This document shows positions 61,604 through 64,000 of a DNA stretch of 64,000 nt, piece after piece. Position numbers and translations under genes: made by a program. The stretch is from Takakia lepidozioides (Eukaryota; Plantae; Bryophyta). Under the pieces are notes generated by a model. The model was given only the letters and a program-made list of their open reading frames with translations. It had not been told where the DNA came from and made no database searches. Position 1 is the first letter of the stretch. Every line of letters starts with the position of its first letter. Location of the stretch: the NCBI GenBank assembly GCA_030704615.1, contig CM060731.1:33852001-33916000 (forward strand). Direction: 5' to 3'.

Positions 61604-64000
61604 TGTCGCGCACCTCACTTCGATAAGCTCCCCTTCAAGTCATAGTTACTCGCTTTGATGCGCGCGCCTGACTCCCAACCTGGCCGTCCGGGCCAACTTG
61701 GAGCTTCGGCTGCTCACCGGGACATAATGGTCCCCCTTCACTTCCCTCTCGACCCTCCACCTATTTGGGACTAGGAGAATTCCCTTTGGTAGATGGCAGT
61801 CCGGAACAACTCCCCACTCTTTGGTCGCTTTCCGGCTCGCTCGCTTACTCACTAGTTTTTGGTCACCAACGGGCTTGCACCATTCTCGGGGTTACTACTC
61901 CCTATATATACTTCTGTAGCTGTCCGCGGGGGTTTCACAACCAGCCATGCCATTTTATGGCGAACCACCACGAAGACCCTCGATTCCCGGTGGTGAGTCG
62001 CGGTGAGTCTTGGCCCGCTCACCACGGCCCCTATGGACCGTGATGAGTCCCAAGACTCCCCACGACTCCCACCACGAGGTCTCCGCCCCCATGGTGAGTC
62101 CTATGCCACCCCCACCGCAACCCGGTGTGCGGGGCTCCACCTAGTGAGCGCCTCCGCTTCCCTGAGTGCCTTGGGCACTCAAGGGTGCTTCAACCCCCCA
62201 TACCTATCGCTGCCGCTGCCCCCACCACAGGGGCAGCCCCTCATGTGTCCCGACCCCCTGCCCTCAAGGCAAAGGGCCGCGACACACACCCCTACCAACA
62301 GGGAGTCGATGTCCTCATCGACTTGTCCATTTTGTAGAAACAAACATCCAAGTTTTGGCGTCCCACATCAAGGAGTTTGTTTCCGCACCATGGCGTCCCA
62401 TGGCAAAGAACCAAACCCCACACTTGACTCTACTCTCCACTAGCTAGTTCGGCCGACTTCCTCCAAGTCCCGGCCAAGGGTGGAGCCTCTCCAGCTCCAC
62501 CCAGTGCACTCTTCTTGGCCTACTTCAAGGCCAAGGAACGATCCTCCCCGAGGATCGAATCGCCTTACTGCAACAACATTGCTTGCGATCGCTCATGATG
62601 CCGCTTTTGGCATCACCTTGAGCAAGGGTTCACCTGGAACCCTCTTTGACTAGGAAGATAACCTTGAACCAACCGTGCGCCCCAATCACTATAATTGGGT
62701 CCGCCTTGGAATGCTGGCCTGAGGTACGGGAACACGCCGAAGCCGCACTACGACTTCGTCCCGAGGCTACACGATTATAGTACGTGAACGGAAGCACGTA
62801 GCTTCCGCGTTAGCCCGCACTACAAGGCAACCCCCTCGGTAGCGCAGTTATAGTACGCGCACGCGCCAGGTGCGCACTAGCACGTGAACTCCCAAAGAAG
62901 TCGCAAGTTTCCTTGCCGCTTGGATGGGGGTCACCCGATTTCGGCACTACGCAAACACACGATTAACCCAATTTACCTCTCCCACTTTTATAAGCTAGCA
63001 TGCATTCTACACACTAGCCAACCATACCATGCATCACCATTCCAAACAAAATAGGACGCACAACATTTGGAACCCATTTCCTTTATAACAAATTTTTGTA
63101 CAATACAAGTTTTTGTAATCGGATTCCTAAGCTAGCTAAGCCGGGCTAAGCATGCATTTCCTCCCCCACGCTCCAAGGTTGATGTCCCCATCAATGTTTC
63201 TTCCGCTTTTGAGGTTGCCCTTCGAAAGCTGCAACCGCCTCGGATGCGTTTCCCATTTCTGAGGCACGCACCCAAGATGCCTCCACATGATGATAGCCCT
63301 TCCATTTGACGAGATACTCAGTTTCTTGGTTCTTGAACCTCCTTGACTTAAGTATTGCCTCCACCTCGTACTCAGGTTCATTTTCATGATCCAATAGCAT
63401 AGGTGGCGGACGCAACACTTGATGTCGATTCGGACGCGCTTCATCTTTGAAGTAAGGCTTCAAAAGGGAGACATGGAATACTGGGTGCACCTTGCTGTTT
63501 GCCGGCAGCTCCAATTCATACACATCCTCATTCATAACCTTCCGAATGCGAAAGGGTCCCGCACACGGAGGTACAAACTTCGGACTCACTTCCGGAGGTA
63601 GTCGGAAATTCTTGATGTTCAACCAGACCTCTATGCCTGCCTCAAACTTCACTTCCCTCCGCTTCCGATTTGCCTGCCTTTCATACCGTTTCCTGGCTTT
63701 GGCAATGTTGTACTTTGCGAGCTTCAACAAACGCTCGCGTTCTTCCAGTACCGCCGCAACTGCCGGTTCCTCAACGTCCTGGGCGGCCCAACTTGTCGGC
63801 ACCAGAGGTGCTTTTCCATAGACCAGCACGAAAGGGGAAACTCCCGTTGCAGAGTGTTCTGTGTTATTATAACAGAACTCTACCGCGTCTAAGTGTTCCA
63901 TCCAGTCTGATTGGTCTGCCGACACGTAATTCCGCAAGAATTGCTTCACTACGGAATTCACTCTTTCCGTTTGGCCGTCTGTCGTAGGTCGGAAGGCGGT
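61604..64000 (-). mobile_element. Element C copy 2 (3' LTR 61604-62284; integrase-chromodomain 63191->64000), runs off the window
   Basis: Same ATGTG flank and same intron position as copy 1. Confidence 0.95.

Overview
This is eukaryotic nuclear DNA from a land plant (PLS-type PPR remnant, GT-AG introns) and is almost entirely nested transposons. The nesting on the left is as follows. A large Mutator-like DNA element (M2) has one TIR at 38223 and its other end outside the window. It appears to carry a spliced gene encoding a ParB-like domain fused to a beta-class N4/N6 DNA-methyltransferase-like domain, an array of 22-bp palindromes, and a divergent pair of paralogous unknown genes. One intron of the ParB-MTase gene holds a complete chromovirus (C, 26866-33817). 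An upstream intron holds a PHD-integrase Ty3/gypsy element (B). B is interrupted by a non-chromovirus Ty3/gypsy element with a long extra ORF (A, <1-20619), and A is interrupted by a 7.4-kb Mutator-like element (M1, 5749-13147, 8-bp TSD) related to M2. Between M2 and a 500-N gap lie PPR and Nudix remnants and a deleted A-like element. After the gap the A/B/ParB-MTase/C nest is repeated at roughly 98-99% identity (estimated by eye), without M1. The best candidate for a novel system is a Mutator-like family encoding a ParB-MTase protein together with family-specific palindromic arrays that also occur in that gene's introns. All protein assignments come from motif recognition by eye, not database searches.
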